A model generated the notes under the pieces. The model was not told the origin of the DNA and did not search any database. It saw only the letters and a program-made list of their open reading frames with translations. Positions 25,637 to 36,807 of a stretch of DNA of 64,000 nucleotides are shown piece by piece. Position numbers and translations under genes: made by a program. The stretch covers positions 52,691-116,690 of the forward strand of contig JBNGIO010006005.1 in the NCBI GenBank assembly GCA_049999805.1, written 5' to 3'. Source of the DNA: Folioceros fuciformis (taxonomy: Eukaryota). Position 1 is the first letter of the stretch, and each line of letters starts with the position of its first letter.

Positions 25637-28600
25637 TCAATCAGATTGTGCCGAAGGATTGATAGCAGCCAGTTTCTCGTAAATAATCCTAATATTTGGC
25701 CGCAAAGAGCGAGTGGCAATGCAACTTAAAGATATCGCTAACATGTCATCCATCCCCTTAGGGGGTTCCTGGTCCCTATGCACACCAACCAAAGCGGGAT
25801 CGAAGCAATCCACTGCTCGTCCTTCGTTCGCTAGAAGTCTGACCCAGTCAGGCAAATCAACTGCCCCAGAATTTCCTGAAATAATATCCCCTGCACCTTT
25901 ACCAGTGAGAATCTCCATGAGTATAACACCAAATGCATACACATCAGCCTCGAACGATGGCTTCGGTTTTTTCGCCGAAGCAAGTTCTGATGACCGATAT
26001 CCGAGAGCTCCAGCATTCAAGATAGTGTTTGCCGTCCCTGCTTCGGTGACTAGCCTGTGCAGACTGAAGTCAGCAAGTCGACCATCAAGATTAGGCCCAT
26101 CCAGTAATACATTCGTGGCCTTCAGATTACCATGGGGTAACTGGTGCTCAAGTTGCAAGTAGTTCAAACCACGTGCAATATCCACTGCAATACGGAGCCG
26201 TTGCTCCCAACTCAGAGGCGCGAATCTCCGGCCCGTCCTTTCGTACAGCCTCCCAGCCAAACTGCCTGAAGGTATGAAGTCAGAAACCAAAAGCTTTTCA
26301 TGCTCCCTTGGCCCCCAATAGTATCCCCTCAATGCCATCACATTGGGATGCTTGACATTCCCAAACTTTCTGGCCTCCCCTATGAACTTCTTCCTACTCT
26401 TCGCCAATCCCTCCCTGAGCCACTTTACAGTAAGTACATGGCCACTGTCCAAAGTTGCTTTGTAAGACGTCCCATGGCTGCTCCTTCCCAGCACTTCAGC
26501 GGGAGCCCTAGACAGCTCCTCTGCTGTAAACACTATGCTAGTATCAAGCAAAAACAAATCCCCTGCAAGTCGCTCCGGTGAACACACTCTTAGGACGGCT
26601 GGCTGCTCTTGCGGCATTGCCTCGCCAGGACCTTGGGGTTGCAGATGCACATATGGAACTGGTGAAGGGACATCCGTCTTGCCATTGCCTTCCACACTCT
26701 TGGGCTCCTCCACAGAGGCTTCTGTGGAGGCTCGGTAGCTATGGCCCTTCAAAATACCTTTCAGTTTCACAGTCCCAGAGCTCGCAGCTTCTGACCCTGA
26801 CAGTGAGCCAGACTCATTCTCCTGCGAGTCACCTGCCCTCAAGTGATTGTGTTCTGATTTGGTGCGCCCAATATATTCAGGACTCCTGGCCATTACCACC
26901 TGTGATTTAGACATGTTCCTGTAGTAAAGGAAGAGTCCTGCAGCAAGAAGAATAGCTGCTGCTGCACTGGAGCCACCTATTAGACCTGCTTCAACTGCAG
27001 ACCGATTTCCTTTCTTCCCATGTGAACCATCAGTCCCAGATACCAGCGACCCGTTCCAAAGCTTCAGCAGCGGATTGTTTGCAAAAGAGGAAGGTGGGAA
27101 CCTTTCCAGGCTTGCAGGCAGCGTCCCAGAGAGGTTATTGTTCGACAGATTTAATCCAATCAAACCAGGAAGCAGTCCAAGGTCACTAGGAATGGGGCCT
27201 GTTAGCTGGTTGAAGGACAGATCAACATCATGTAGATCCTGAAGGCTTGACCAGTTAGAAGGAATAGACCCGCTTAATGAGTTGTTGCTGAGATCTAACG
27301 AAAAAAGATTAAGAAAATACATAAACAAAGGAGGAATAGGGCCGGTCAACTGGTTACTGGATAGATTCACAACAGCAAGTGGTGATTGCATCACGTCAGC
27401 AGACCCAAAATCTGGTAATTCGATACTCCCAGTGAACGCATTGTCTGAAAGGATTAGTCTTCTTATAGACAAGTTGAAGAGAAAAGCAGGTACTGACCCG
27501 TCTAGAGAATTGGAACTCAAATCAAGGCCTTCCAATCGGGTGAAGTCAGTAAACCCCGAGGGGATCTCACCAGAGAGACTGTTGTGAGAAAGGTTTAGTG
27601 ACCACAAAGCAGCAAGAAAAGCAGGTGCATCATCAGGTAGTGGGCCAGTGAGAGAGTTCCAACTGAGATCTATCACCTCCATTGTAGATCCCCAGCCTGA
27701 GATATCCGAGACCACCCCTGAGAAGTTGTTTCGGCTCAGGTCCACCAGACTAACGCTTTCAAACTTGGATGGCAGCTTGCCCCCGAGACGATTCCAAGAG
27801 AGATTTAGGATCCTCAACGTTGTGGACGTAACTTTATCCACTGGCCCCTCAAACTGATTTCCACTGAGATCAAGCTCTTTCAAAGGAACTTGACTGTACA
27901 GTTCTGAAGGCACCCTCCCACTGAAGTTGTTATTACCAAATCGCAACGTGGTGGCCCGGTCAAGCTTAATGCTCGGCAGGTGGCCAGTAAACTGGTTGTG
28001 GCTCACATCCAATACCTCCAAAAAAGCTGACACAAAGATTGCAGCAGGACTGCTCAGCTCGACACTGAATTTGTTGTAGCTCAAGTTGAGATACTCCAAT
28101 CTATTCAGCTGGGCAGGATTGATCAACCATGAGTCGTTTGCTGTCAGCATGTTACTGCTCAAATCCACTATCTTGACCAGTGGCATCTTCAACCAGGATT
28201 GATCCACATCGCCCGAAAAGTTGTTTCCTCGAAGGTCCAGAACCTCAAGCACTGAAAACCCATTAAACGTAACCATGCCTGACAAACCATTGAAGGACAG
28301 ATTGAGCGAGACGAGGTTGTGAAGGTCGCCCAGAGACGGAGGTATGCCTCCTGACAGCAGGTTGTGGCTCAAGTCTAACTGCAGCAGCTGTGACAGACCC
28401 GCAACCTCATCAGGTATCCCACCGTCAAACTGATTATTGCCCAGAGACAAATTCTGAAGGGTCCGCAGACTTCGGAAAGAGGCGGGGATATGTCCCACGA
28501 ACCCATTAAAGGATAAGTCCATAGACTCGAGGGCCTGCAGTGACCCGAAGTCATCTGGCACACCCCCCGAAAAGAAATTGTGAGACAAGTTGAGGGATGT

Positions 28601-28894
28601 CAATTGCGTGAGATTGCCAAGCGTGTTTGGTAAGATCTGGCCACCCAATGAGAAACCGCCAAGGTCAAGTCCCACCACACTTCCGACTTCAGAGCAGGTC
28701 ACTCCCGACCAGCCTTGCGGGCACCCATTTCCATCCACGCTGCTCACATTCCACGACCCCAGAGCCTGCGCATTACTGCTTATCCCACGAAGGAAGTCGA
28801 GAAGTCGGTTGGAGTCACCTAAAGGGTCCGCAAGGACACACAACTGCAAAATGGCCAGGAAGAGAAGCGCCACAATCCAACGAAGCGCCTGCAT
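25637..28894 (-). CDS. LRR-III receptor-like pseudokinase, GHR1/SIRK1 clade; single exon
   Basis: Signal peptide from ATG 28894, CPQGWSGVTC cap, ~20 LRRs, TM, SPERLAGDLFLLD...LSRAPAEVLGRSSHGTSYKATL...TVKWLREG...YYWGPREHEKL; HGNLK replaces HRD, DFS replaces DFG. Confidence 0.93.
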   Translation of the reverse strand: MQALRWIVALLFLAILQLCVLADPLGDSNRLLDFLRGISSNAQALGSWNVSSVDGNGCPQGWSGVTCSEVGSVVGLDLGGFSLGGQILPNTLGNLTQLTSLNLSHNFFSGGVPDDFGSLQALESMDLSFNGFVGHIPASFRSLRTLQNLSLGNNQFDGGIPDEVAGLSQLLQLDLSHNLLSGGIPPSLGDLHNLVSLNLSFNGLSGMVTFNGFSVLEVLDLRGNNFSGDVDQSWLKMPLVKIVDLSSNMLTANDSWLINPAQLNRLEYLNLSYNKFSVELSSPAAIFVSAFLEVLDVSHNQFTGHLPSIKLDRATTLRFGNNNFSGRVPSELYSQVPLKELDLSGNQFEGPVDKVTSTTLRILNLSWNRLGGKLPSKFESVSLVDLSRNNFSGVVSDISGWGSTMEVIDLSWNSLTGPLPDDAPAFLAALWSLNLSHNSLSGEIPSGFTDFTRLEGLDLSSNSLDGSVPAFLFNLSIRRLILSDNAFTGSIELPDFGSADVMQSPLAVVNLSSNQLTGPIPPLFMYFLNLFSLDLSNNSLSGSIPSNWSSLQDLHDVDLSFNQLTGPIPSDLGLLPGLIGLNLSNNNLSGTLPASLERFPPSSFANNPLLKLWNGSLVSGTDGSHGKKGNRSAVEAGLIGGSSAAAAILLAAGLFLYYRNMSKSQVVMARSPEYIGRTKSEHNHLRAGDSQENESGSLSGSEAASSGTVKLKGILKGHSYRASTEASVEEPKSVEGNGKTDVPSPVPYVHLQPQGPGEAMPQEQPAVLRVCSPERLAGDLFLLDTSIVFTAEELSRAPAEVLGRSSHGTSYKATLDSGHVLTVKWLREGLAKSRKKFIGEARKFGNVKHPNVMALRGYYWGPREHEKLLVSDFIPSGSLAGRLYERTGRRFAPLSWEQRLRIAVDIARGLNYLQLEHQLPHGNLKATNVLLDGPNLDGRLADFSLHRLVTEAGTANTILNAGALGYRSSELASAKKPKPSFEADVYAFGVILMEILTGKGAGDIISGNSGAVDLPDWVRLLANEGRAVDCFDPALVGVHRDQEPPKGMDDMLAISLSCIATRSLRPNIRIIYEKLAAINPSAQSD

Positions 28895-30549
28895 TTTGTG
28901 CGAAAGCAGGGCAGGGCTGAGCCCCACACGACGGCGTTGCCGAGCGTCGGTCACCCAGCATTCATTTTGCCCGCCAAGCCACCACCCACTGTACGACTAG
29001 CCGCCGTGCCGACTCTGTTTTCGAGGCAAACAACACGCGCACACGCCAGCAGCAAGTGTGAGCACCACGACAAACTACCCAGCTGGCGGCCGCAGAAAGT
29101 CTTGCAAGGCGGAGGAAACTTCACAGTGCGAACGTCAAATAACCGAATGCAAATGTGAGCCATACCCAGCCGGTGCGCGAAAATGCCACAAGATCCCGCC
29201 CTTGCTGCCACCATCCACCTTGCCGGCGATGCTGCAACGAGCACACCCGAGAGGTAGCTCAAAGTCGTCGTACCCCTGGCCCGCAGCACCGCACCTGCAT
29301 TGCTTGCCTGCAGCTGGCCCGGCCAAGTCCATGCTTCCTACATAATCGGACGTGCTCCCGCCAAGCCCACACCACCCGAACAAGAAGGCGACAAACGAAC
29401 AACAGTGTTCTTGCGGCGGGGGCAAATATAGCCACCAACAGCTGACGGGCAGGTGCTGTTGGTGGGGATAATGAAAGCAGAAGGCGGCTTCTTGGTGTAA
29501 CGGCACACAGCAGCCGGAAAGGCCAGGAGGGGGGGAGGGGGGTGTGCTTTGCTGCGCAATGCCGTGCTGTGCTGTGATTGATAATAGTGCCGGCTCAGCC
29601 CGCAAAGCAGCTTTTCCACACGCTTTGAGGCCACAACATGTGCCTGCATTATTCTGCTTTCTTGCCAAACGCTCGGGAGTGACGGAATGCAAGTAAGACT
29701 CCGATCAAACCCTAAAAGCAGAATGCACTGCCAGTGCCGTGCTTGTCATCTGACACTGGCAACCCGCTGCCGCAGCGAATGGGGGAGCCCGACGTTGGGC
29801 TTGTTTGATGAGAATCTTGAGCTTCGCAACACGCCTTTATTAGACTGCCCGCAGCAAAGCCAATGGACCAACGGCCCAGTGACGACACTGGCCCTGCTCC
29901 CTCTCCCTGCTGTTTCCTATTTCCCCTTGCATAAAGCACCTCGAACTTTCCCCCATCGTTCTCCAAAGCCGCAGAGTTTGCAGCGTTTGCGGTTACAGTC
30001 ACATGCGTCTGCACGTTAGCTCTTTCAGCAGCTCCAGCTGCAGCCCTGTACCTGTGACCGGTGTGACCCTGTCCAACCAGAAAGGCTTTGTTTGATAATA
30101 TATAAAAAGGCTACGTCCATATCTGAAAGCACGGAGTTGATTGTGAGATGCATACGTAGCGTGATGCGGTTTTGGAGCTGTGTTAGCGAATACTTGCGTC
30201 TCACAATCAACTCCTTCTATCTTCATTAAATCCGGTGACCCGCATCCACTCGTACGGCAGGCACTAGCCATACGTGGCTGCAGCTGCAAACGGATGTGGG
30301 TGAAGTACATCGTAAATCACACTCCTTCGCGGTCCGTTCGTGATATTCTGCTGAATCGAACATCTCAGATTCTGATTCAGTGAATCTGTGAAATGCGTTA
30401 CGGTGCGCTCCTCTAGTCGTTGGCGCCGTCGCCGTCCCGATTGCATCGCCTTCAGGCTGCCGCCGTCGGTACCAGAGCGCTGGGTGGTGTGGATTTGAAT
30501 TTGGGCATGAACAACTTTCGGTCGGAGTTCGGGGAAATCTATTGAGAGT

Positions 30550-33438
30550 CATGGGCGGTTTGGCAGCTGTGCTTCCGTGGGCAGTGGCGGGAGGCAAAAC
30601 TCAGAGCCATGGGAGCCGGGGCAGTGATTCGATGGGCAGGTTGCGGGAGAATCGTTTTGGGAGACATCATTCCTTTGCTTTGAGGTGCCGAACCGAACGA
30701 TGCGTAGACGACGTAGCTGGACCCATTGAGACAACCAAGCTTGATAAGAGGTGTGCTGTTGTGTGCGTTTCAGCAATGGCTTCCTTCCCATCTGAAGCTT
30801 TCCTATCCTTCGGCCCTAGTCCGTAGTCCGAAATTTCGTTTTTCTTTTTCCAGGGCTGAAGACGAGGCCAGACCGTTATTGAGAGAGACGTCGAGGAAAC
30901 GATGGATTCGCAGGTTCGGCTCCTCCGCCCCCAGACATTATGGCATTGAGTGGTGTGAGGCAGTGCCATGAGCAAATCTGCTGTGACTTTCCACGTATTC
31001 TAATGCCAGATTAACAGCTACTGGCTTCACAAGTCCACAGGGAAGTTAAGAGTAGAGGAGGAGGAATTGGATGGCCATGGAGTATCAACCAAGCTGAACA
31101 GCAGCAGCCATGGTGAAGAGTCACCAGCATTGCGGCTTCCTAACCTGCCGCAGCCTGTTGTCGACTTCATTCTACCTGCTAGATATCCAGGTAACCGTGT
31201 CCTTGAAGGATGTGTTCTCCTTAGTGGACAGAACTGTGAGAAACTAACATTAGTCCCTGTATTCAAGGACACAGAGTCTGTATCAAGTGATTACCTTCAA
31301 TACATGCTTTGGCAGTTTCCAACTCATCTGACGGGGTGGACATGCAGCACGCTGGTGACATCCAGCCTTTTAACGGTATGCGGTCATGGTGACTAGTGCG
31401 TACCGTGTTGTGTTGGTTGTTGAGTTTGTTATGCTTACATGCGGCATGCTCTGAGCCCCGTATCGCAGGCTGTTGGCATTGGTGGGGATGCTGGAACGGC
31501 GGCAGCTACAACTGCTGCTGTCAAGTATGTCCTCCAAACTAGCATACTTCGCTTTGCAGTGTGTCGATCTCAAGATTTATCTAGTAGAACTCACAATACG
31601 CTGGGCACCTTGATGTAGGTGGGTGGTCAAAGATGGATTAGGAAATGTCGGTCGGTTCATCATAGGTGCGTTCAAACCTTCGTGTACAGGATGACCTTAC
31701 GGGTGTGCCTTTCTTATCTGGTTGTTTTGTCTTATGCAGGGGGTAGTTTTGGGAGTATATTTGATGATGATCCCAAGCAGTGGAGACTGTATGCTGACGT
31801 TATTGGTAGTGCTGGAGGGTACTTGTCTCCCTGCGACCTTTCAAGTCCACCTGAAATATTCAAACGTACTGTGCTTGCCCTCGCTTACAATTGAATTTCT
31901 GGTTTGGGGGTTGTGCAGCATGTTTGAGCTGGCGACTCCTGTCGCACCAGCATACTTCATACCCTTGGCTTCAATTGGTCGGCTGTCCAAGGTGATTGCC
32001 CCTTCAAGTATGCTGTCTTGGAACTGCTGAATATGGCATTTGCCAAGAAATGATATGGATGGACACTAATATGATGGTAGCACGTGGTGTCAGGCCATCG
32101 CAAAAGGCCTTAAGGATCCTTCCGCTCGCGTGATACAGAGCCACTTCGCAGTCTCAGACAACCTCGGTGATGTATCTGCTAAGGTGAGCAATTCAGTCTC
32201 AGTTGCTCCTGAAACAGACATTTAGCAGAGCAGATTCACCTGGTTGAGACTGCTGATCACCTTCAACTTACTGGCAGTCCGAGGTGTGGGAGGTTGTTGC
32301 TCAACTCATGGGTTTAGTAGCCGGTGTATCCTTTCTGGTGAGGACGACCACAATGCAGCGGTCACATAAGAAGCCAGCAGTTGTGTATGCTAGGTGCAAA
32401 TGTGGACGGAGTTGCTTCTGGTTAAATCTCTGCTTGCAATGTGCAGAGTGCTCCTTGGGTGACAGAATCTTATTGGAAAATAGTCCTTGGGTGGGCAATC
32501 ATTAGGTCATGTCATCTTTATTGCCGCTATCGTAGTGTATCATCTCTGCAACTCCGCACTGTAAGTGGCCTTGCCGTCCAATGTTAAATTCTTGGAACTG
32601 TAACTCGGTTTCACTGAACTTGACCCGCCCGCAGATCAACCACAAACGAGGACTTGTGTTGATTCACGCCTACATCCAAGGGCTTCCTATTCCTGGTACA
32701 GTTTACTTACTAGTGTGGTGGTGTTAGTGGCACTGGAAAGGATGCATGATCTTACATGGGTTGTTATCCACTGTCAGGGATTCAAGACTGCAATCTCAAG
32801 GAGAGCATCCTGGTGCCACGCTTGCTTCTGGGGCCGCACGTTTCAGTGGGGTGCACCGTGACGGAGGTGGTAGGAAGTCGATGCACTCGGTTGGAGGTGG
32901 GACGCCTTGAGCGACTTTACTGCTGGTGTCGTCTTCACTTGTGAACGCGCGTGCGTTACCTCCTGTTGTTCATTCCGATTGACTTTCATGTAGGTGAAGA
33001 ATCTCAAGCGTCTGTACGAGAAAGAAGACTACATCCTTGTGCTCCATCCACATCTTCTTCATCAGCAAGAAGCAAGAGTCATATTCAAGGTGCTGTCTGA
33101 AAACATCCATACGCTACCCCGTGCTCCGTGTTTCTGTCATTCTTGGCCTACTGGTGTGGGATCTCACTCGCAAAGTGCTGTCCCAGAATGGAGCAACGAG
33201 CATGACGGTACTGAGAAGCATGTGGCAAGCTGTTTGGTTGGTTTGCAAGTCGCCACATGGAATGACCCCGCAAGCTGGACTTCAATGGCAGTCAGACAGC
33301 TTGCGTTCTAGTATACAGGCTCTCCATGAGCGTTTTGATCTCTTTCTGGATGCTATACGAGACGCCGGATGGGATACGAGTAAGAGTGTCCTACAAGTTC
33401 CAAACTCAGCCCCCCTTCTTCTGGAGGATCTGATCTGA
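30550..33438 (+). CDS. ROOT UV-B SENSITIVE (DUF647) family protein, RUS5-like, multi-exon
   Basis: DFILPARYP, SVSSDYLQYMLWQFP, WVVKDGLG, GSIFDDDPKQWRLYAD, KGLKDPSARVIQSHFAVSDNLGDVSAK, EVWEVVAQLMG, LRSMWQA; start approximate. Confidence 0.9.
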
Positions 33439-34260
33439 GTAGGGGTCGGGGTCTCTAGAGCATCCATCTGGAATCTTCAAAGATCGAAGTATCTTGTAGT
33501 GAAGACATGAGATTTCACTGATGAATGAAATAGGTTTGGAAAATAAGATGAAAGAAGCTCACAAAGGCAAGGGTCGAAGACTCCTTTCGGTATGTCAGGA
33601 TCCAGGAGTTGTGCTTTGGTATGCCTTAGCCAAGGTCGTGAGAAACTGGCATGGCCGCCCCATGGTCTACATGAAGGATATGCCCACTCCAGGGGAATAT
33701 TATGTCGTAATTGTTTAAAATATATGTACATATAATTATATATAATGTAATCTTATTTTTAGCACATTCTTTGACTTATTAAGGACACTCTTTTGGAGCA
33801 CACGGCACGCTCAACCAGATGCTTGCACGGTGCCCTGTTCCCTTCCCCTTACTGCTAATATCCATATCGGCTTCTTCAAGCTGGATGCCTCGAAGAAGCC
33901 CACTCACTCATCCTTCAACCTTTGGAATGCCCTAAAGGCGACTTGCTCACCCTTGGATATTTGGCTGTTCCATTTTCATACAGGATAAAAATATCTGGTT
34001 TCACATTCAAGTCTGTCACTTCCCAGAAGAGGACTTTCGTTTCAGTGCAGCGCACCGTGTGTGAGAATCTCGGCCAGCCTTTTCACCTATCTCTCGGCAT
34101 ACATCACGGCACCTCGCATCTCTGCCACGGCTCGATCCTCCGCATGCGGGGTGCAGGTCTGCATGAAGGCATTCTGCGCTGGTGAGTGTAGTGAAATTCT
34201 CAACAGTCTAAGGCCACGTTCTGCTCCGGTGGACGCTGCCCTTGAGATACTGCCGTGCCT

Positions 34261-34806
34261 CTACACACCTTCACGGACGAGGCGGAGCTGCTCGCGCACT
34301 TCCATAAGCGCGTAGCCGAGCAAGTTGAGGCCGCGCCACTGCCGCGGGTCCACCGCTCGCGGATCGGACGCCGAGAGGCCGATGCCCCAAATGCAGTCCA
34401 AAGGGCTTGCCTCCACCAACACGCGGTCTCCGGTGCTCAGCAGGTAGGCGGCCAGATCCGGATGCTGCCCGAACTTTCCGAGATTGCCTTGCACGACTAT
34501 CCCCGACCGCTCCCGCGTCCACACCTCTTCCTGGAAGCCTTTCACCTTCCGTCCCAGCCCCTTTGCTGCTCCCGGACTGTTCGCTGCCAGTATCAGCCCT
34601 TCCGAGGCCTCGTCTCCGAACAAGCGCGCCTTGGCTGCCATCATCCAATGCTCCGCGGTGGCGTACCGAATTCCATCTATCGTAAACTCCGCAGGCCACC
34701 ATTGGCTCAGGCAGGCTGACCCCGCCCTGCCGTCTCGCGCCTTATGGCCCCAGAACAGCAGATACTCCGTGTCGTCCATAGTTGCAACAATTTGCCTGCT
34801 AGCCAT
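34261..34806 (-). CDS. Stand-alone NADAR (COG3236/DUF1768) N-glycosidase / ADP-ribosylhydrolase family protein, bacterial-like, intronless
   Basis: LLFWGH...CLSQWWPAEFTIDGIRYATAEHWMMAAKARLFGD...AKGLGRKVKGF...GNLGKFGQH...LLSTGDRVLVEASPLDCIWGIG...WRGLNLLGYALMEVR; ATG at 34806 (or 34779). Confidence 0.93.
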   Translation of the reverse strand: MASRQIVATMDDTEYLLFWGHKARDGRAGSACLSQWWPAEFTIDGIRYATAEHWMMAAKARLFGDEASEGLILAANSPGAAKGLGRKVKGFQEEVWTRERSGIVVQGNLGKFGQHPDLAAYLLSTGDRVLVEASPLDCIWGIGLSASDPRAVDPRQWRGLNLLGYALMEVREQLRLVREGV

Positions 34807-35528
34807 CGTCTTCCAAGTCACACAGAGATCCAGGGCCGATACTCGAAACTATGTACCTTGAAGCCTCGGCGTTGCGTGCTTGACAAGCATTCAGCGAGGG
34901 TGTAAAGGTGTTCAGCACAATTTGGCAGTCTTGCTCAACACAGCAGCAAGGCGAGCCAAGTTGCCTTCTGCACAACTAACTGTTATAGCTGCTGCTCAAT
35001 CCCTCTCCCCGGGGGAAACCTGGCGGGCGATAAAAAAAAAACCAGAAAAAAAACAACTCCCTAAACCTTCGGTACGGCCCAAAAAGATATATGACAATGC
35101 ATCCACCGTGTGTTTTCCAGAAAATAATATTTTCAGCCTTTTCTTATGAAGCGTTCACGGTTTTATTCCCCGCGAATGCTCCATGGGCTAAGGACTCGTT
35201 GGGGTAATTAAGGCATGAGGCCAAGCTTTACAATGGATGACGAACACCTGACCAGATCACACACTTGACTTACCTCTAGGTTTCTAGGGCTACAATTTTC
35301 ATGATCCCAGATCATGTTTTTCTGCGTAGAGGAGTTTAGCATGATGTACCGGGCTGCAAACCGTGAGCATGATGTACGAGGCTGCCAACTTTGAGTGTGC
35401 CTCCTCCGAAGTGAAGACTGTCTGCCTGATCCAGGGGTAGGGAACCAGATTGCTTAATCGCCCTACAAGCGTCGCCAAGCATGAACGATGAAGACGATGG
35501 CGAACAGACGCATTACGAAGTGATTGCC

Positions 35529-36392
35529 CTAATCGGGCTTGGTCACACAGATGACGTGCGTGGGAACCATGTAGGCGGTGATGACTTCAGATGTCTGAAT
35601 GTGCTGCATTCCCAGCTCTTCAAGTTTCTTCCTATACTCTTGCAGGTGGTGCAGATCCCAGATGATGGCACGCCCACCAGGTTTCAGGACCCGCACGATC
35701 TCGAGGAGACCCTTGGACCTCTCGGCGGCTGCGGCCTCTTTGGCCCCGCTGGTCCCGAATATGTCCCTGCCCAAGGTGTGCAGGCACAGCGCCGACACTA
35801 CGAGATCGAAGTAGGCATCGTCGAAGGGCAGATGCCGGGGATCCCCGGTCTTGCAGGTGACGAACACTTGGGTCCCTTCCCTGCTGCTCGTCTTGAGGGT
35901 GTCGGCCATGCTTCTCCGGGGCTTGCTGCCATCGGGCAACCAGAGATCAACCCCGACCACCCTCCCGCCGCCTCCCTCCTTCTTCAGCTTCTCCGCAACC
36001 GCGTTGAGAAGCATGCCTCGGCCGCACCCCACGTCCAGCACCTTGTCGATCTTGGACCAGTCCTCCACCAGCTCCAGCATCCGGTGGGAGGTCTCGTAGC
36101 ACACGATCACATCCGAACAGAGCAGGTTGGCAGCCGTCACCAGGCAGCACACGGCCAGCAGGGCAGTCAGGGCCACCGCAAAGCCCAGCACCAGATTCCA
36201 TAGCTGGAGGGGTAGGAGCGGGAGGGAAGCCTTCAGGACCAGCGCCAGCCGCGCGAGATAGCGCACTAGCACTGATGCGGAAATTCCTAGCACCCCTCCT
36301 TGCACCAGCAGGCTGAACACCAGCCACCCGTTTTCCAACCCGTAGACATCCCACACCCACAGCCAGCCTGCCTTTCTCGATCCCCGGGCCAT
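35529..36392 (-). CDS. Membrane-anchored class I SAM-dependent methyltransferase (Methyltransf_11), intronless
   Basis: N-terminal hydrophobic helices, VLDVGCGRG motif I, VVGVDLW, GDPRHLPFDDAYFDLVVS, EIVRVLKPGG. Confidence 0.9.
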   Translation of the reverse strand: MARGSRKAGWLWVWDVYGLENGWLVFSLLVQGGVLGISASVLVRYLARLALVLKASLPLLPLQLWNLVLGFAVALTALLAVCCLVTAANLLCSDVIVCYETSHRMLELVEDWSKIDKVLDVGCGRGMLLNAVAEKLKKEGGGGRVVGVDLWLPDGSKPRRSMADTLKTSSREGTQVFVTCKTGDPRHLPFDDAYFDLVVSALCLHTLGRDIFGTSGAKEAAAAERSKGLLEIVRVLKPGGRAIIWDLHHLQEYRKKLEELGMQHIQTSEVITAYMVPTHVICVTKPD

Positions 36393-36807
36393 GCCGGGGC
36401 TGCACAGATTCGCCCTGAACCCAGCTCCAAATTGTGAGTCGGGATCTGAGCTTCCGCTTCCCACGCTCTGAAATGCCTGACTGTGCTTGCCGCTGCTGCC
36501 GGACTCCCCAAGCGTGCATACACAAATGGCCCACGATGCTCATATACCCACAAACAGGCTTTCCAGTTTCACTTTCAGTATTACGACGGTAAGCTTTCTT
36601 TGATGGGATTGTGTCATGCCCAGCGGACAGTGCGTTGTCAGCCGATTCTCTTCTTCTGGTCACGTGATCCGTGGCCGCTCGCTCCCCATTTCGCTACGGC
36701 CTCCGTGCTCCTGAGGAATTGGGTGCTGCGGACAGCACAAGTAACTGAGCTTCACGACTGGGTACACGGATGAGCTGCAGGTGACCGGACGAGAGCGTGG
36801 TGCAGCC

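Noticed and set aside
35481-36203. 240-aa plus-strand ORF (similarly 78-692 minus and 34255-34719 plus)
   Set aside because: Antisense shadows of GC-rich real genes
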